From: Candidatus Hodarchaeota archaeon
GTDB lineage: Archaea > Asgardarchaeota > Lokiarchaeia > Sigyniarchaeales > SOKP01
Length of the DNA: 64,000 nucleotides
Reading direction: 5' to 3'
Assembly (NCBI GenBank): GCA_048886685.1
Contig: JBHLKM010000013.1
Location: forward strand, 81,755 to 145,754
Below the pieces are notes generated by a model. It saw only the letters and a program-made list of their open reading frames with translations, was not told the DNA's origin and did no database searches. The translations under genes were made by a program, and so were the position numbers. Positions within the stretch are counted from its first letter, which is position 1; each line of letters begins with the position of its first letter. This document shows positions 40,279-50,520 of the stretch, in pieces.

Positions 40279-41817
40279 ATGGAGAAGCCAAACATTATTT
40301 TAATAATTCTGGACACTTTTAGAGCAGATAAACTCTTAACTAACAATGAGGGTAGAGAATTAACCCCTTTTATTAAAACTTTAATGAAAAACTCATATTA
40401 TTTTGAAAATTGCATAGCTAATAGTCCATGGACAGTACCATCTCATATTAATATATTTACAGGACTGTATGCAACTCAAATGAAAAATTTGACTAAAAAG
40501 GTTGATACCCTTGGTAATAAAATTCCAGTTTTAACTGAAATTCTTAAAGATTGGGGATACCATACAATCTGTTTCACAGAAAATCCCCACATTAATAAAA
40601 AGGAGGGCTTTGCAAGAGGTTTTGAAATATTCATTGATAATTGGCAGAGTTTTTTAACACATCCCAAAAGATTCTGGGTGGATCGAATTGAAAAAATCCT
40701 TCCAATCTCAAAAATTGCATCTCGAGTTAGTACCTATATAAAGAAAAGAATAGAATCTTCGGACGTTATTCTATTTAAAATAAAAAAAATATTAAAAAAT
40801 TTAAAAAATCAATTATTTTGGAAAAAAATTCTTTCGAATAAAACAACAACTCTCGATCAATTAGAAAAAATAGGAGATATATTAAAAAAAAAAAATAATA
40901 CAAACCCATTTTATCTTTTTTTAAACATAATGGCGACGCATTATCCTTATGTTCCTACAAGACAAATTCTTAATAAGTTTAAAATTAGAAATAAGCAAAT
41001 AAAGACCATTAGGAATTTTCTTCTAACAAATCCTAAAGATCTTATAAATTTAACAGAATCTAAACCTTTATCGGAAAATAAAATTGATATAATTAAAAAA
41101 TTATACAATACAAGTGTATTTTACGCTGATCAAATAGTAAAAGAATTATTCTCAATTTTAGAAAATCTCGGTTTATTAGAAAACTCATATGTAGTTATTA
41201 CATCCGATCATGGAGAACATTTATGTGATGAATCAGATCATTTCTTATGTGATCATACAACATATTTCAGTCTATATGAATCTCTATTACGGGTACCCCT
41301 ACTTATATATCATAAAAATTATAAAAATAAAGTTATCAAGAATCAGGTACAATTGAAAGATCTTTATCATACTATTCTTTCATTTACAAATCATAACTCA
41401 ACTAATATTAAGTATTTTAAAAAAGAAAAATCACTATTATATCAAATTGAAACTAATTCTACTCCAAAATTTATTTTGGGGGAATATTTGAAACCAAAAA
41501 ATAAAGTATATAATTTAATTCATAGATATCGAAATATTATAAAAAAGAATCTAATCTCTAAGATAATAAATGATGTGTACTTTCTGAGAACTGAAAAATT
41601 AAAATTTATTGATTTTAATTCAATAAAGGAATTATATCAAATAGAAACTGATCCTCAAGAGCGATTTAATATTACAGGCAAAAATCTTAAAGTTCAAAAA
41701 GAGATAAAAAAGGCCTATGACTTAATTAAAGAAAAAATTAATAAGAAAGAAGATTTAATAGAATTGACTACAGAAAAAGAAAAAGATTTAATTAAGAGAA
41801 GTATTAAATTACTCTAA
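40279..41817 (+). CDS. Sulfatase-like (alkaline phosphatase superfamily) protein with Thr at the nucleophile position
   Basis: PNIILIILDTFRAD, SPWTVPSH...FTG, THYPY, TSDHGE, ELY....DPQE. Confidence 0.88.
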   Translation: MEKPNIILIILDTFRADKLLTNNEGRELTPFIKTLMKNSYYFENCIANSPWTVPSHINIFTGLYATQMKNLTKKVDTLGNKIPVLTEILKDWGYHTICFTENPHINKKEGFARGFEIFIDNWQSFLTHPKRFWVDRIEKILPISKIASRVSTYIKKRIESSDVILFKIKKILKNLKNQLFWKKILSNKTTTLDQLEKIGDILKKKNNTNPFYLFLNIMATHYPYVPTRQILNKFKIRNKQIKTIRNFLLTNPKDLINLTESKPLSENKIDIIKKLYNTSVFYADQIVKELFSILENLGLLENSYVVITSDHGEHLCDESDHFLCDHTTYFSLYESLLRVPLLIYHKNYKNKVIKNQVQLKDLYHTILSFTNHNSTNIKYFKKEKSLLYQIETNSTPKFILGEYLKPKNKVYNLIHRYRNIIKKNLISKIINDVYFLRTEKLKFIDFNSIKELYQIETDPQERFNITGKNLKVQKEIKKAYDLIKEKINKKEDLIELTTEKEKDLIKRSIKLL

Positions 41818-42209
41818 AATAAATTCCCAATTTTATTGTTTGCTTAATTCCATCATAGAAACTTTTTCTATTGAAAATAGTCGAGCTGGACCATCTCTCT
41901 AAAAATAACGAAAAGAGTTATAAAATTTTTAAATTACTATTTTCAAGAAGAAATTGAAAGCCTTAGTATATAATTAGCTAAACTTAAATTTAGTTAAAAA
42001 AGTATTAATTAAAGTGCACCTCGTTAAGTCTATGGGAATATCAAACGCAGAAAATTATTAAGAAGACTATTAAATAAAGATTTAATTATTAAAATAAAAT
42101 TATTTTTTATATTACGGAATATTTTAACAAATATCAAAACTTTAATAATTAATTTAAGGAAAAATAATTACATAAATATCCTCCTTTAAGTTTTAATGGG
42201 GTTTCTATA

Positions 42210-43046
42210 TTGAAGACGACGTTGCCATCTGAGAATACAGAACATCGCATAAAAAAAAACAATGTAAAATCAAGTAATATAAATTATCTTTTTCCTGGAT
42301 TAAAAGTTGGTATAATAATTCCTGCTTTTAATGAAGAAATGAATATTGGGGGAACATTAGCCCAAATTCCTAAAAATATATCTGAAGAATTGGAGATTAT
42401 TGTTGTAGACGATGGCTCATCTGATAATACAATTTCAATTGCTAATAAATACAACATCACTCTTTTAAAACACCCAAAAAATCGGGGTAATGGTGCTGCA
42501 ACTAAAACAGGATTAGAATTTTGTAAAGATAGGGATCATAAAATTGCTATCATACTGGATGCTGATGGTCAACACAATCCAAAATATATAAGTGATTTTA
42601 TAATACCTATTATGGAGGATAGTATAGAATTTGTAATAGGTAATCGATTTCAACATTATTATAATATGGATATCAACAGGAAATTATGTTCGAAATTGAT
42701 GACAGCCTTCTATTTCTTGTTCTTGCATAGAAAGATAGCAGATCCTACAAATGGTTATAGAGCTTTATCTTCCGAGTTAATACAAAATCTTGAATTTGAA
42801 TCTGAATATTCTCTTACCCAAGAAATGCTTTTTAAAATTGTGCCTACTTATAAATATAAGCAAATTCCGATAAAAGTAAATCCGAGAGGTCAAGGAGAAT
42901 CTTTTATAAAAATTAAAAATTATTTACTCAAAATAGTATTACTATTTATAAAGTTCTATATTTTTCCCAAAATTAAGAGATTAACTCACAAAATCTTAAG
43001 TGAAGAGTTCAGAAATAGAGTCAAAACATATTATTTGAAAACTTAA
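42210..43046 (+). CDS. GT2 glycosyltransferase (DPM1-like)
   Basis: IIPAFNEE, VDDGSSD, NRGNG, DADGQH, DPTNGYRA. Confidence 0.92.
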   Translation: MKTTLPSENTEHRIKKNNVKSSNINYLFPGLKVGIIIPAFNEEMNIGGTLAQIPKNISEELEIIVVDDGSSDNTISIANKYNITLLKHPKNRGNGAATKTGLEFCKDRDHKIAIILDADGQHNPKYISDFIIPIMEDSIEFVIGNRFQHYYNMDINRKLCSKLMTAFYFLFLHRKIADPTNGYRALSSELIQNLEFESEYSLTQEMLFKIVPTYKYKQIPIKVNPRGQGESFIKIKNYLLKIVLLFIKFYIFPKIKRLTHKILSEEFRNRVKTYYLKT

Positions 43047-43170
43047 TTTGATTTCACCATGATTCTGGAATTGATTTCCGTAATTTAAATAAATCCTTTC
43101 ATTTCAAGGTATTGTAAATATTTTTAAGAAGAAAGTCTATGTTTCTTATATGGGAAATAACACATAATTT

Positions 43171-44805
43171 GTGAGAAATAACTTGGATAAACAACGAATT
43201 CTAAGGGAAGCTCAAAGAATAGCAAAAGAATTCTCTTTTTGGATGGTTTCTGGAAATATTGCTCATCTGTATGGATATATTTATGAAACTCCAGAGAAAA
43301 AATTTGAATTAGAGATAAAATTTGATGAAACATTTCCAAATAATCCCCCTCAGTTGTTATATCATAGTGAGATTAAGGAATTATTAGGAGAAATTCAATT
43401 AGAAAGATATAAAAATTGGACACCAGAATCTAAAGTTGTTGATATCATAAATGAGCTTAAGCTTAAAATTCAAGAAGCGATACAAATTCCTAAAACAATA
43501 TCAGAAGAAGAATTGAGTCCCATAAAGACTAGTGAAAAATCTAATGATTTTTTAGAGCCTGAAGAATATATTAATCCAGATCTAAATGCATACCCTCCAG
43601 ATTATCAAACAGAAGATTATATAATACCTTCAGAATCTAATAACAATTTATTGAATGATTTATCGGAAAGTGATGAGGAAAGATCGAATGATGAGCCTTT
43701 TTATGATGGGAGTGAGCAATTAAGCTTAGAATTGACAACAGAATTAGGATTGATTCAACAAGAGTATGCTTATGACCAAGAAGGTTCAAGGGCTTCTCAA
43801 ATTAATGTCTATATTACAATTACACTCACAAAAACCTTTATTGTCGCTATTGATTTTACCAATTTTCCTCAGAAGCCAAAAATTTCATTAACTGATGAAG
43901 TTATAGATATTATAAAAGACCCAAATACTTCATTAACTACATTGAGCACCTGGAATTCAAAAAAGCCTCCTCATATTGTAGATGTAATACGTGAGTTGGA
44001 AAAGAAACTCTATTTCATTAAAGATATAGAATCTCAATACAAAAATATATCTGGAGAATATCGGTGTACAAAAACTTCAGATAGTTTAACTATTATAAAT
44101 GTACATCTACTTACATACGGATTTAAGGAATATTCTGTAAAGGTGGATTTAGAACCTTATCCTAAACCCCCTACAGTAGAATTACCTATTGAGCTTCAAC
44201 AAATCATCAATAAACCAATTCAAGAATTAAACGCTTATAAAAATTGGATAGATAATGATTCTAATGTAGTAGAAATAATAAGAGAGATTTCTTGGCTAGT
44301 AGATAAAAATTCTCGAATCAATTTTGAAATTGATCTTCTAAAAGATCATTATAAAAACATAAGATTTGAACCCTCAGCGGCAATTTTACATGTTGAGATG
44401 GAAGGAAAAATGAAAACTGAAGATCTCACTTTTGAATTTCAAATTAATTTACCTCCAGATTACCCTATGAAAATGCCTGAAGTGAAAGTTATAAATGAAT
44501 TTGAAATAGAAGCTCATGAGAAAATAAAAAATGATTTACATGTCTCATTTAATAACTTTTTCAAAGAATGGACCCCTTTTAGTTATCTTGTTGATTTATT
44601 TAATTTAATTTCAAAGAAAATTTTCGAAGTTTCAGTAGTATCATGTGTAATATGTCACAAAATTGAATGCCCAAGTTGTACAAAAAAAATCGCTGGTGAA
44701 GATAGTTGTCATATAGAGTGCCCACATTGTAACAGAGCTTACCATCGTCACTGTTGGGAACAAACAATACAATCATTTGGCAAATGTGGTTTCTGTCTCA
44801 GATAA
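43171..44805 (+). CDS. Four catalytically inactive UBC/RWD-fold domains plus C-terminal RING-type zinc finger; putative E3 ligase
   Basis: Four repeats with (F/Y)PxxP and W...VV/IV.II.E patterns, no HPN/Cys; C-terminal CVIC..CPSC..CPHC...YHRHC..CGFC. Confidence 0.8.
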   Translation: MRNNLDKQRILREAQRIAKEFSFWMVSGNIAHLYGYIYETPEKKFELEIKFDETFPNNPPQLLYHSEIKELLGEIQLERYKNWTPESKVVDIINELKLKIQEAIQIPKTISEEELSPIKTSEKSNDFLEPEEYINPDLNAYPPDYQTEDYIIPSESNNNLLNDLSESDEERSNDEPFYDGSEQLSLELTTELGLIQQEYAYDQEGSRASQINVYITITLTKTFIVAIDFTNFPQKPKISLTDEVIDIIKDPNTSLTTLSTWNSKKPPHIVDVIRELEKKLYFIKDIESQYKNISGEYRCTKTSDSLTIINVHLLTYGFKEYSVKVDLEPYPKPPTVELPIELQQIINKPIQELNAYKNWIDNDSNVVEIIREISWLVDKNSRINFEIDLLKDHYKNIRFEPSAAILHVEMEGKMKTEDLTFEFQINLPPDYPMKMPEVKVINEFEIEAHEKIKNDLHVSFNNFFKEWTPFSYLVDLFNLISKKIFEVSVVSCVICHKIECPSCTKKIAGEDSCHIECPHCNRAYHRHCWEQTIQSFGKCGFCLR

Positions 44806-44962
44806 GAACCTCAAGCCATATTATTACAATAAATTACAAGTCTTTAATTCATACCTTTTTATTTCTTCTTAAACTTAACGATTCATACTTAAAAATTTAT
44901 TGAGTCTTCATTAAATTTTTTAGTTTTAACTTCTTATTATAAACATTCACATTTTTAACTAG

Positions 44963-47900
44963 ATGATTTACGTGGAATTATTAGAGAAGAAGCTAAATTT
45001 ACCTGAATTAGAAGAAAAAATATTGAAATTCTGGGAAGAAAAAAAGATCTATTCAATGATAAAAAAAAAAGAAGAAGGAAAAGAGACTTGGAGATTTATT
45101 GATGGACCCCCTTATACTACGGGTTCAATTCATTTAGGAACTGCTTGGAATAAAATTCTCAAAGATTATCTTATAAAATACAAAAGAATGAGAGGATTCA
45201 AGGTCACAGACACTCCTGGTTATGACACTCATGGATTACCAATAGAAGTACAAATGGAAAAGGAGTTGGGAATAGAAAATAAGCAAGAAATCTTAGAATA
45301 TGGTGTTGACAAGTTTATCCGAAACTGCAAGGAATTTGCTCAAAAGAATTTAGTAATAATGAATGACCAATTTAAACGTTTAGGATGCTTTTTTTGGGAT
45401 TGGGATAATCCATATATTACCTTCAAAAATAGTTATATTGAAGGAATTTGGTGGACTTTAAAGAAAGCTTGGGAGAATAATTTGCTTTACCAATTTTACA
45501 GACCCTTAAATTGTTGTCCTAGATGTGCAACTGCTCTTGCTAAACATGAACATGATTATAAAAACATAATCGATGTGAGTTTATTCCTTAAAATAAAATC
45601 TGTTGATTTGAAAGATACGTATTTTATCATTTGGACGACAACTCCATGGACTCTAGTTGCTAATGAGGCTATAATGGCAAATCCAATTGCAGAATATGCT
45701 AGAGTGTATATTGAAGATTTAGATGAATATTGGATATTGTCTAAAGCTTCGATAGTGCATTTAATTTCAGGAGAATTAGGGTATAAATATAAAATTGTAC
45801 AAGAATATATTGGTGAAGATTTAGAGGGGATGAGATATATTCATCCATTAGTAGAGGAAGTCCCATATCAAAGAGAACTAGAAAAAGAAAGTGAAAAAGT
45901 TCATACAATAATCCTTTCTAGTGAGTATGTTTCTGCTTCTGAGGGTGTTGGGCTAGTCCATTCTGCCCCAGGGCACGGACCTGAAGATTTTGAAGTAGGT
46001 GTGGTAAATGATATTCCTGTGTTTAATCCAGTTGATATTAGAGGTAGATATACGAAAGAAGCAGGTATTTATGAAGGCAAGTTTGTTTTCGATGCTAATG
46101 CAGAAATATTAGATCTTTTAAAAAAAAAAGGAACTCTTATATTCACTAGTGAAATAGAGCATGAATATGCTCATTGTTGGAGATGTGATTCAAAATTAGT
46201 TTATAGAGCCACTAATCAATGGTTTTTTAAAACAGAAAGTCTTGTGCCAGATTTATTAGAAAAAAACAGTGAAATCTACTGGGTTCCAGATTGGGCAGGA
46301 GAGAGATGGTTTAAAAGTTGGTTAAGCACTTTAAAAGACTGGTGTATTTCACGACAACGATTTTGGGGGATACCACTTAGTGTATGGATTTGTGATGATG
46401 AAAATTGCAATGATATCACAGTAATAGGATCATCTAAAGAGTTAAAAGAATTTTCTGGAGAAGTTCCTAAGGATTTACATCGTCCTTGGATTGATCAAGT
46501 TACATGGGAATGTAAAAAATGCAATAGAGGTACAAAAAAAAGAATTCCAGACATTTTAGATGTTTGGTTAGATTCTGGGTCAGTTATGTGGGCGGCGCAG
46601 GAAGTCTACGACGGTGAAAGTCATTACGATACATGGATTCCAGCAGATTTCATCCTTGAGGGAAAGGACCAAATTAGAGGGTGGTTTAACACATTGTTAT
46701 GTAGTGCAATGGTATCTTCTGGACGTAAAAACTACGACGCTTGCTACATGCATGGATGGACCTTGAGAAATAGGTTAAAGATGAGTAAATCGAGAGGAAC
46801 ACAAATTTTTCCTGAACATCTAATTGAAGGTACGTTAGATGAATTAATAAGGAATAAATCCTACTCAAAAATAAAAGGAATTGAGACCTTTCGCTTTTAC
46901 TCTATTGGAGTAACTCAACCAGGCCGCGATTTTAACTTTAATACAAAGGAGTATGCAGATACTTATAAAGTTATTAATACGATTTGGAATATTTATGTAT
47001 ATACAAGTGAGAAATTAAACTTAGCTGAATTTAATCCCTTAAAGGTTCAAATTGATAAGAATATTTTGAGTTTATTGGATAAATGGATAATTTCAAGGTT
47101 AAATTCTACGATAAAAAGAATAACTGCGTTATCAGATAGCTATAAACTCCCATGGGTTACTAGTGAATTGAGAGAGTTAATTATCAATGATATCAGCAGA
47201 TGGTATATAATGTTGAATCGAGAAAAATTGGATATATATTCTGAGAGTCCGGATAAATTCACAATAATGGCAGTGTTGTTTGATATTCTACTAAAAGTCA
47301 TCTTATTATTGGCACCAATTAATCCTATGTTAACCGAGGAACTTTATCAAAAAATGTTCAAACCATATATGAATTCAATGGGTTTAGATGAAACTGATAG
47401 CGTTCATTTACAAAATTGGCCTAGTGTTGAGGAAACAAAAATAAATATAGAATTAGAAGATCAAATGCTATTTACCAAAGATTTAATTGAATTCATTCGC
47501 GCTTTAAAAGAAGAAAATAAAATAAGAATGAGATGGCCAAATAAAAAATTAATAATCGAACCGAAAGAGGGAATGCCTAAAATTAATTTCCCTGAGATTG
47601 TTAAACAAGTTGGAAATGTTAAAGATTTAGTGATTAAGGACTCTGTAAAATTAGATGATAATTTAATTAAAGTAGAATCAAAATATTGCAATATTTATCT
47701 GGATACCAGCCTTGATGATGATTTATTAGCTGAACGTGTGATAAATGAATTAATAAGAAACATACAATATTCTCGTAAGAAAAACAATTTCAGAGTTGGT
47801 GAAAAAATTGCTTTATCAATTGGTACGAATTCAGAATATTTAAAAAATTATATTGAAAGAAACAAAGAGATGCTTTCTGATAGAGTAACTGCCAAAAACC

Positions 47901-48109
47901 TTGAGATTAAACTTGGTGATCTAACAAAAGAAAAGGATGAAATTTTAGGTGTTTTAAACATTTGCTCTAATAAAGATTGCTCAGCTTCATTAAAAGAGAA
48001 TACGCTCTCAAAGTTAAAGAAGAATATTGAAATTAGCTGTCCCTATTGTAATAAAGATTTAAAGGAAGACAATATCAATTTGATAAAATTTAAATTTTTT
48101 AAGATTTAA
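44963..48109 (+). CDS. ileS: Isoleucyl-tRNA synthetase (archaeal/eukaryotic type)
   Basis: DGPPY..G..HLGT, WTTTPWTL, DWCISRQRFWG, EGKDQIRGWF, KMSKS. Confidence 0.97.
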   Translation: MIYVELLEKKLNLPELEEKILKFWEEKKIYSMIKKKEEGKETWRFIDGPPYTTGSIHLGTAWNKILKDYLIKYKRMRGFKVTDTPGYDTHGLPIEVQMEKELGIENKQEILEYGVDKFIRNCKEFAQKNLVIMNDQFKRLGCFFWDWDNPYITFKNSYIEGIWWTLKKAWENNLLYQFYRPLNCCPRCATALAKHEHDYKNIIDVSLFLKIKSVDLKDTYFIIWTTTPWTLVANEAIMANPIAEYARVYIEDLDEYWILSKASIVHLISGELGYKYKIVQEYIGEDLEGMRYIHPLVEEVPYQRELEKESEKVHTIILSSEYVSASEGVGLVHSAPGHGPEDFEVGVVNDIPVFNPVDIRGRYTKEAGIYEGKFVFDANAEILDLLKKKGTLIFTSEIEHEYAHCWRCDSKLVYRATNQWFFKTESLVPDLLEKNSEIYWVPDWAGERWFKSWLSTLKDWCISRQRFWGIPLSVWICDDENCNDITVIGSSKELKEFSGEVPKDLHRPWIDQVTWECKKCNRGTKKRIPDILDVWLDSGSVMWAAQEVYDGESHYDTWIPADFILEGKDQIRGWFNTLLCSAMVSSGRKNYDACYMHGWTLRNRLKMSKSRGTQIFPEHLIEGTLDELIRNKSYSKIKGIETFRFYSIGVTQPGRDFNFNTKEYADTYKVINTIWNIYVYTSEKLNLAEFNPLKVQIDKNILSLLDKWIISRLNSTIKRITALSDSYKLPWVTSELRELIINDISRWYIMLNREKLDIYSESPDKFTIMAVLFDILLKVILLLAPINPMLTEELYQKMFKPYMNSMGLDETDSVHLQNWPSVEETKINIELEDQMLFTKDLIEFIRALKEENKIRMRWPNKKLIIEPKEGMPKINFPEIVKQVGNVKDLVIKDSVKLDDNLIKVESKYCNIYLDTSLDDDLLAERVINELIRNIQYSRKKNNFRVGEKIALSIGTNSEYLKNYIERNKEMLSDRVTAKNLEIKLGDLTKEKDEILGVLNICSNKDCSASLKENTLSKLKKNIEISCPYCNKDLKEDNINLIKFKFFKI

Positions 48110-48394
48110 TCGCAAATTTCTTAGACCTTTTTTGTAAGGCAAGAATATAATCAATTTTTTCTATATATCTCTTTTAACTTTTCAAGCTATGAATAATAAA
48201 TCTATCAGCAAACTATGCATATAAATAAACTACAATATTGTGAAATGTTAATTGAAAACCAATTTGGATATAGAATTAAGTCTGAAAATTAATTATGGAT
48301 AAATTAATTAACATTCTAAATTGTAGTAAGCTAATACAAAACCCAATGATAAATTTAAAATGGTATTTAAATAAAGAAATCTTAAATATAAATT

Positions 48395-50452
48395 ATGTCA
48401 ACTAAATCTAAATTAATAATTGGAATTGTATTATTAGCAGTTGGTGCTGGCTTAGTACCAACAGGGCTAGTAGTAAATGATTATTTAATAAATGAAGTCT
48501 ATGAGGGAATTCCAGAAGCTATGACAAAAATCAAAAATGATGCCGTTCCAGCTTTGATGGAACGAATACCTAAGTCTGGCACTCCAGAAGTCCTGACAGG
48601 TGTAAAAGCACAAGCCATTCCGGAATTGGAGCTGCACATACCCGTAATGGCTACTCCTGAAATTTTAGATGAGCTTAGAGATGAAGCTTTAGTTCAATTA
48701 CCGTTCATAATTAACGGATCAGGAGTCGCAAAAGCTATCAATGGCACTCTTTATGCTGCTAGTCTTGCAACAGGTATGACTTTAGCTAAGGAGAATTTCT
48801 TTAACAGCCCTACTTTCCAAGATAACTATACTGTATGGTTAGGATCCCCAGTGATGATGGGTGTTTCCAATTATTGGGATGGTATTTTAGCTGGAGGCTT
48901 AGACATACTTAACCTTTCCTATTCAACAAACGCTCAAGATTTTCTCCTAAATGGAAATCTAGGATTACCTGGATTAATTACTGATCTTGAATTAGGATTT
49001 GGAGTATTAGGTTTTATGGAATTATATCTTAATGCATCTTTAGGTGATATGGCTCTAAACCTTACTATGCAAGCAGGTTATAATGCTACATGGAACCAAA
49101 TTGAATTACTAGCTGGGTATATACAAAATTACTTATGGGATGTTATTGTTGCTGCTGAATACTCAGGTATGACTATAGAAGAGTACGCGGAAATTGTATT
49201 TCATTCTCAATGGGCAAATGGTACTATTGTTGAAGATGGGATTGATTTAAGTCTTTTTTATCCTGGTTTACCACCAAATACTAAAGGATTAGAAGCTGGT
49301 ATTCCCATTCCTACAAATATAACAATAGCTAGTTGTATGGGTCTTTGGGAAGATTCAAATATTTTATCATTTGTAAATGATACTGGTATAGAAGCTTGGA
49401 TGGATCCTGCTTATATGAGCAGTATAACTACAACCTTTGGTATTGATACAACTCAATATACAATGATTCTATCATGGTTAGGTGATTTCATGACAAATCT
49501 TGTTCCAATGTTTCTACTTGGTGAAACAGGATATACAATCCCAGAACTAGCAGTATTAGCGTTTTATGAACAATGGGCAAACGGTACCATCTTTGGTAAT
49601 GTAGTACTCCCATTTGGATTTCTTGCCATGATTAATTCTTTTTGGGCTGGAGCACCATATTTCGAAGTTGGTTTACCGACTGCGAGTGGTCTTTCATTGA
49701 CAGAAACTATGAATCTTTGGGATGCAGGAAACGAAAAAACATTTCTTGATAGTGAAGGTTTTGAGAACTATTGGATCAACGCTATGGATGGAGATGCAGG
49801 AAATAAAACTGCTTTAATTACTGAATTTGGTATTAGCGCAGGTGAACTAGACGCAACTTTGACATGGTTAGCAAATCTCATGAATTACGGAGAAAACTTA
49901 AAAATGGCAGATGGTAGAATTGCTGACTTAATAGAATACGATTATGGTATGAGTTTAACTCAAATCGCAACATCAGCACTTTATGAACAATGGTCTGAAG
50001 GAACTGTTTTTGGTCAATCGATACTTCCTGATGGATTTCTTAGTCTACGAACCCCTCCTATTCCTGGTCCACCCTATTTTGAAGTTGGTCTGACATCACA
50101 TCCTCTATCATTGACCACTACGCAAAGATTAGCACTTTGGGATGATACTAGTGAATATTCATTGCTAACTGTAAGTGGAGTCAAAAAATGGTATCAAGCG
50201 GAAATTGGAAATGAGATTTTTGCGACTCTGCAAATAGAAAATGGTGGATTGGCTCCTTTTCAAATGATAGGAATTTTAGATTGGATACCACAATTCAGAG
50301 ATTATGTTGTGAATAAACTCGCAAAAGATGACAGAAATCTCCCTATGGAACCATATGACTTAGGTCAAACATTGTCGATGAGTTTAGGTCTCGGTGGTGG
50401 AGCATTAGCCGCACTTGGTGTCGTATTTCTTATATTATCAAGAAGATCATAG
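48395..50452 (+). CDS. Putative cell-surface glycoprotein with N- and C-terminal hydrophobic helices and three internal repeats
   Basis: Hydrophobic termini; repeats QW(A/S)(N/E)GT...E(V/A)G...LW(D/E); about 12 N-x-S/T sequons. Confidence 0.75.
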   Translation: MSTKSKLIIGIVLLAVGAGLVPTGLVVNDYLINEVYEGIPEAMTKIKNDAVPALMERIPKSGTPEVLTGVKAQAIPELELHIPVMATPEILDELRDEALVQLPFIINGSGVAKAINGTLYAASLATGMTLAKENFFNSPTFQDNYTVWLGSPVMMGVSNYWDGILAGGLDILNLSYSTNAQDFLLNGNLGLPGLITDLELGFGVLGFMELYLNASLGDMALNLTMQAGYNATWNQIELLAGYIQNYLWDVIVAAEYSGMTIEEYAEIVFHSQWANGTIVEDGIDLSLFYPGLPPNTKGLEAGIPIPTNITIASCMGLWEDSNILSFVNDTGIEAWMDPAYMSSITTTFGIDTTQYTMILSWLGDFMTNLVPMFLLGETGYTIPELAVLAFYEQWANGTIFGNVVLPFGFLAMINSFWAGAPYFEVGLPTASGLSLTETMNLWDAGNEKTFLDSEGFENYWINAMDGDAGNKTALITEFGISAGELDATLTWLANLMNYGENLKMADGRIADLIEYDYGMSLTQIATSALYEQWSEGTVFGQSILPDGFLSLRTPPIPGPPYFEVGLTSHPLSLTTTQRLALWDDTSEYSLLTVSGVKKWYQAEIGNEIFATLQIENGGLAPFQMIGILDWIPQFRDYVVNKLAKDDRNLPMEPYDLGQTLSMSLGLGGGALAALGVVFLILSRRS

Positions 50453-50520
50453 ACAATCTGAAAAATCTTACAAAGATAATTCAAAATTTTTTTTTTATCA
50501 ATTTTTTTATTATTTTTCTT

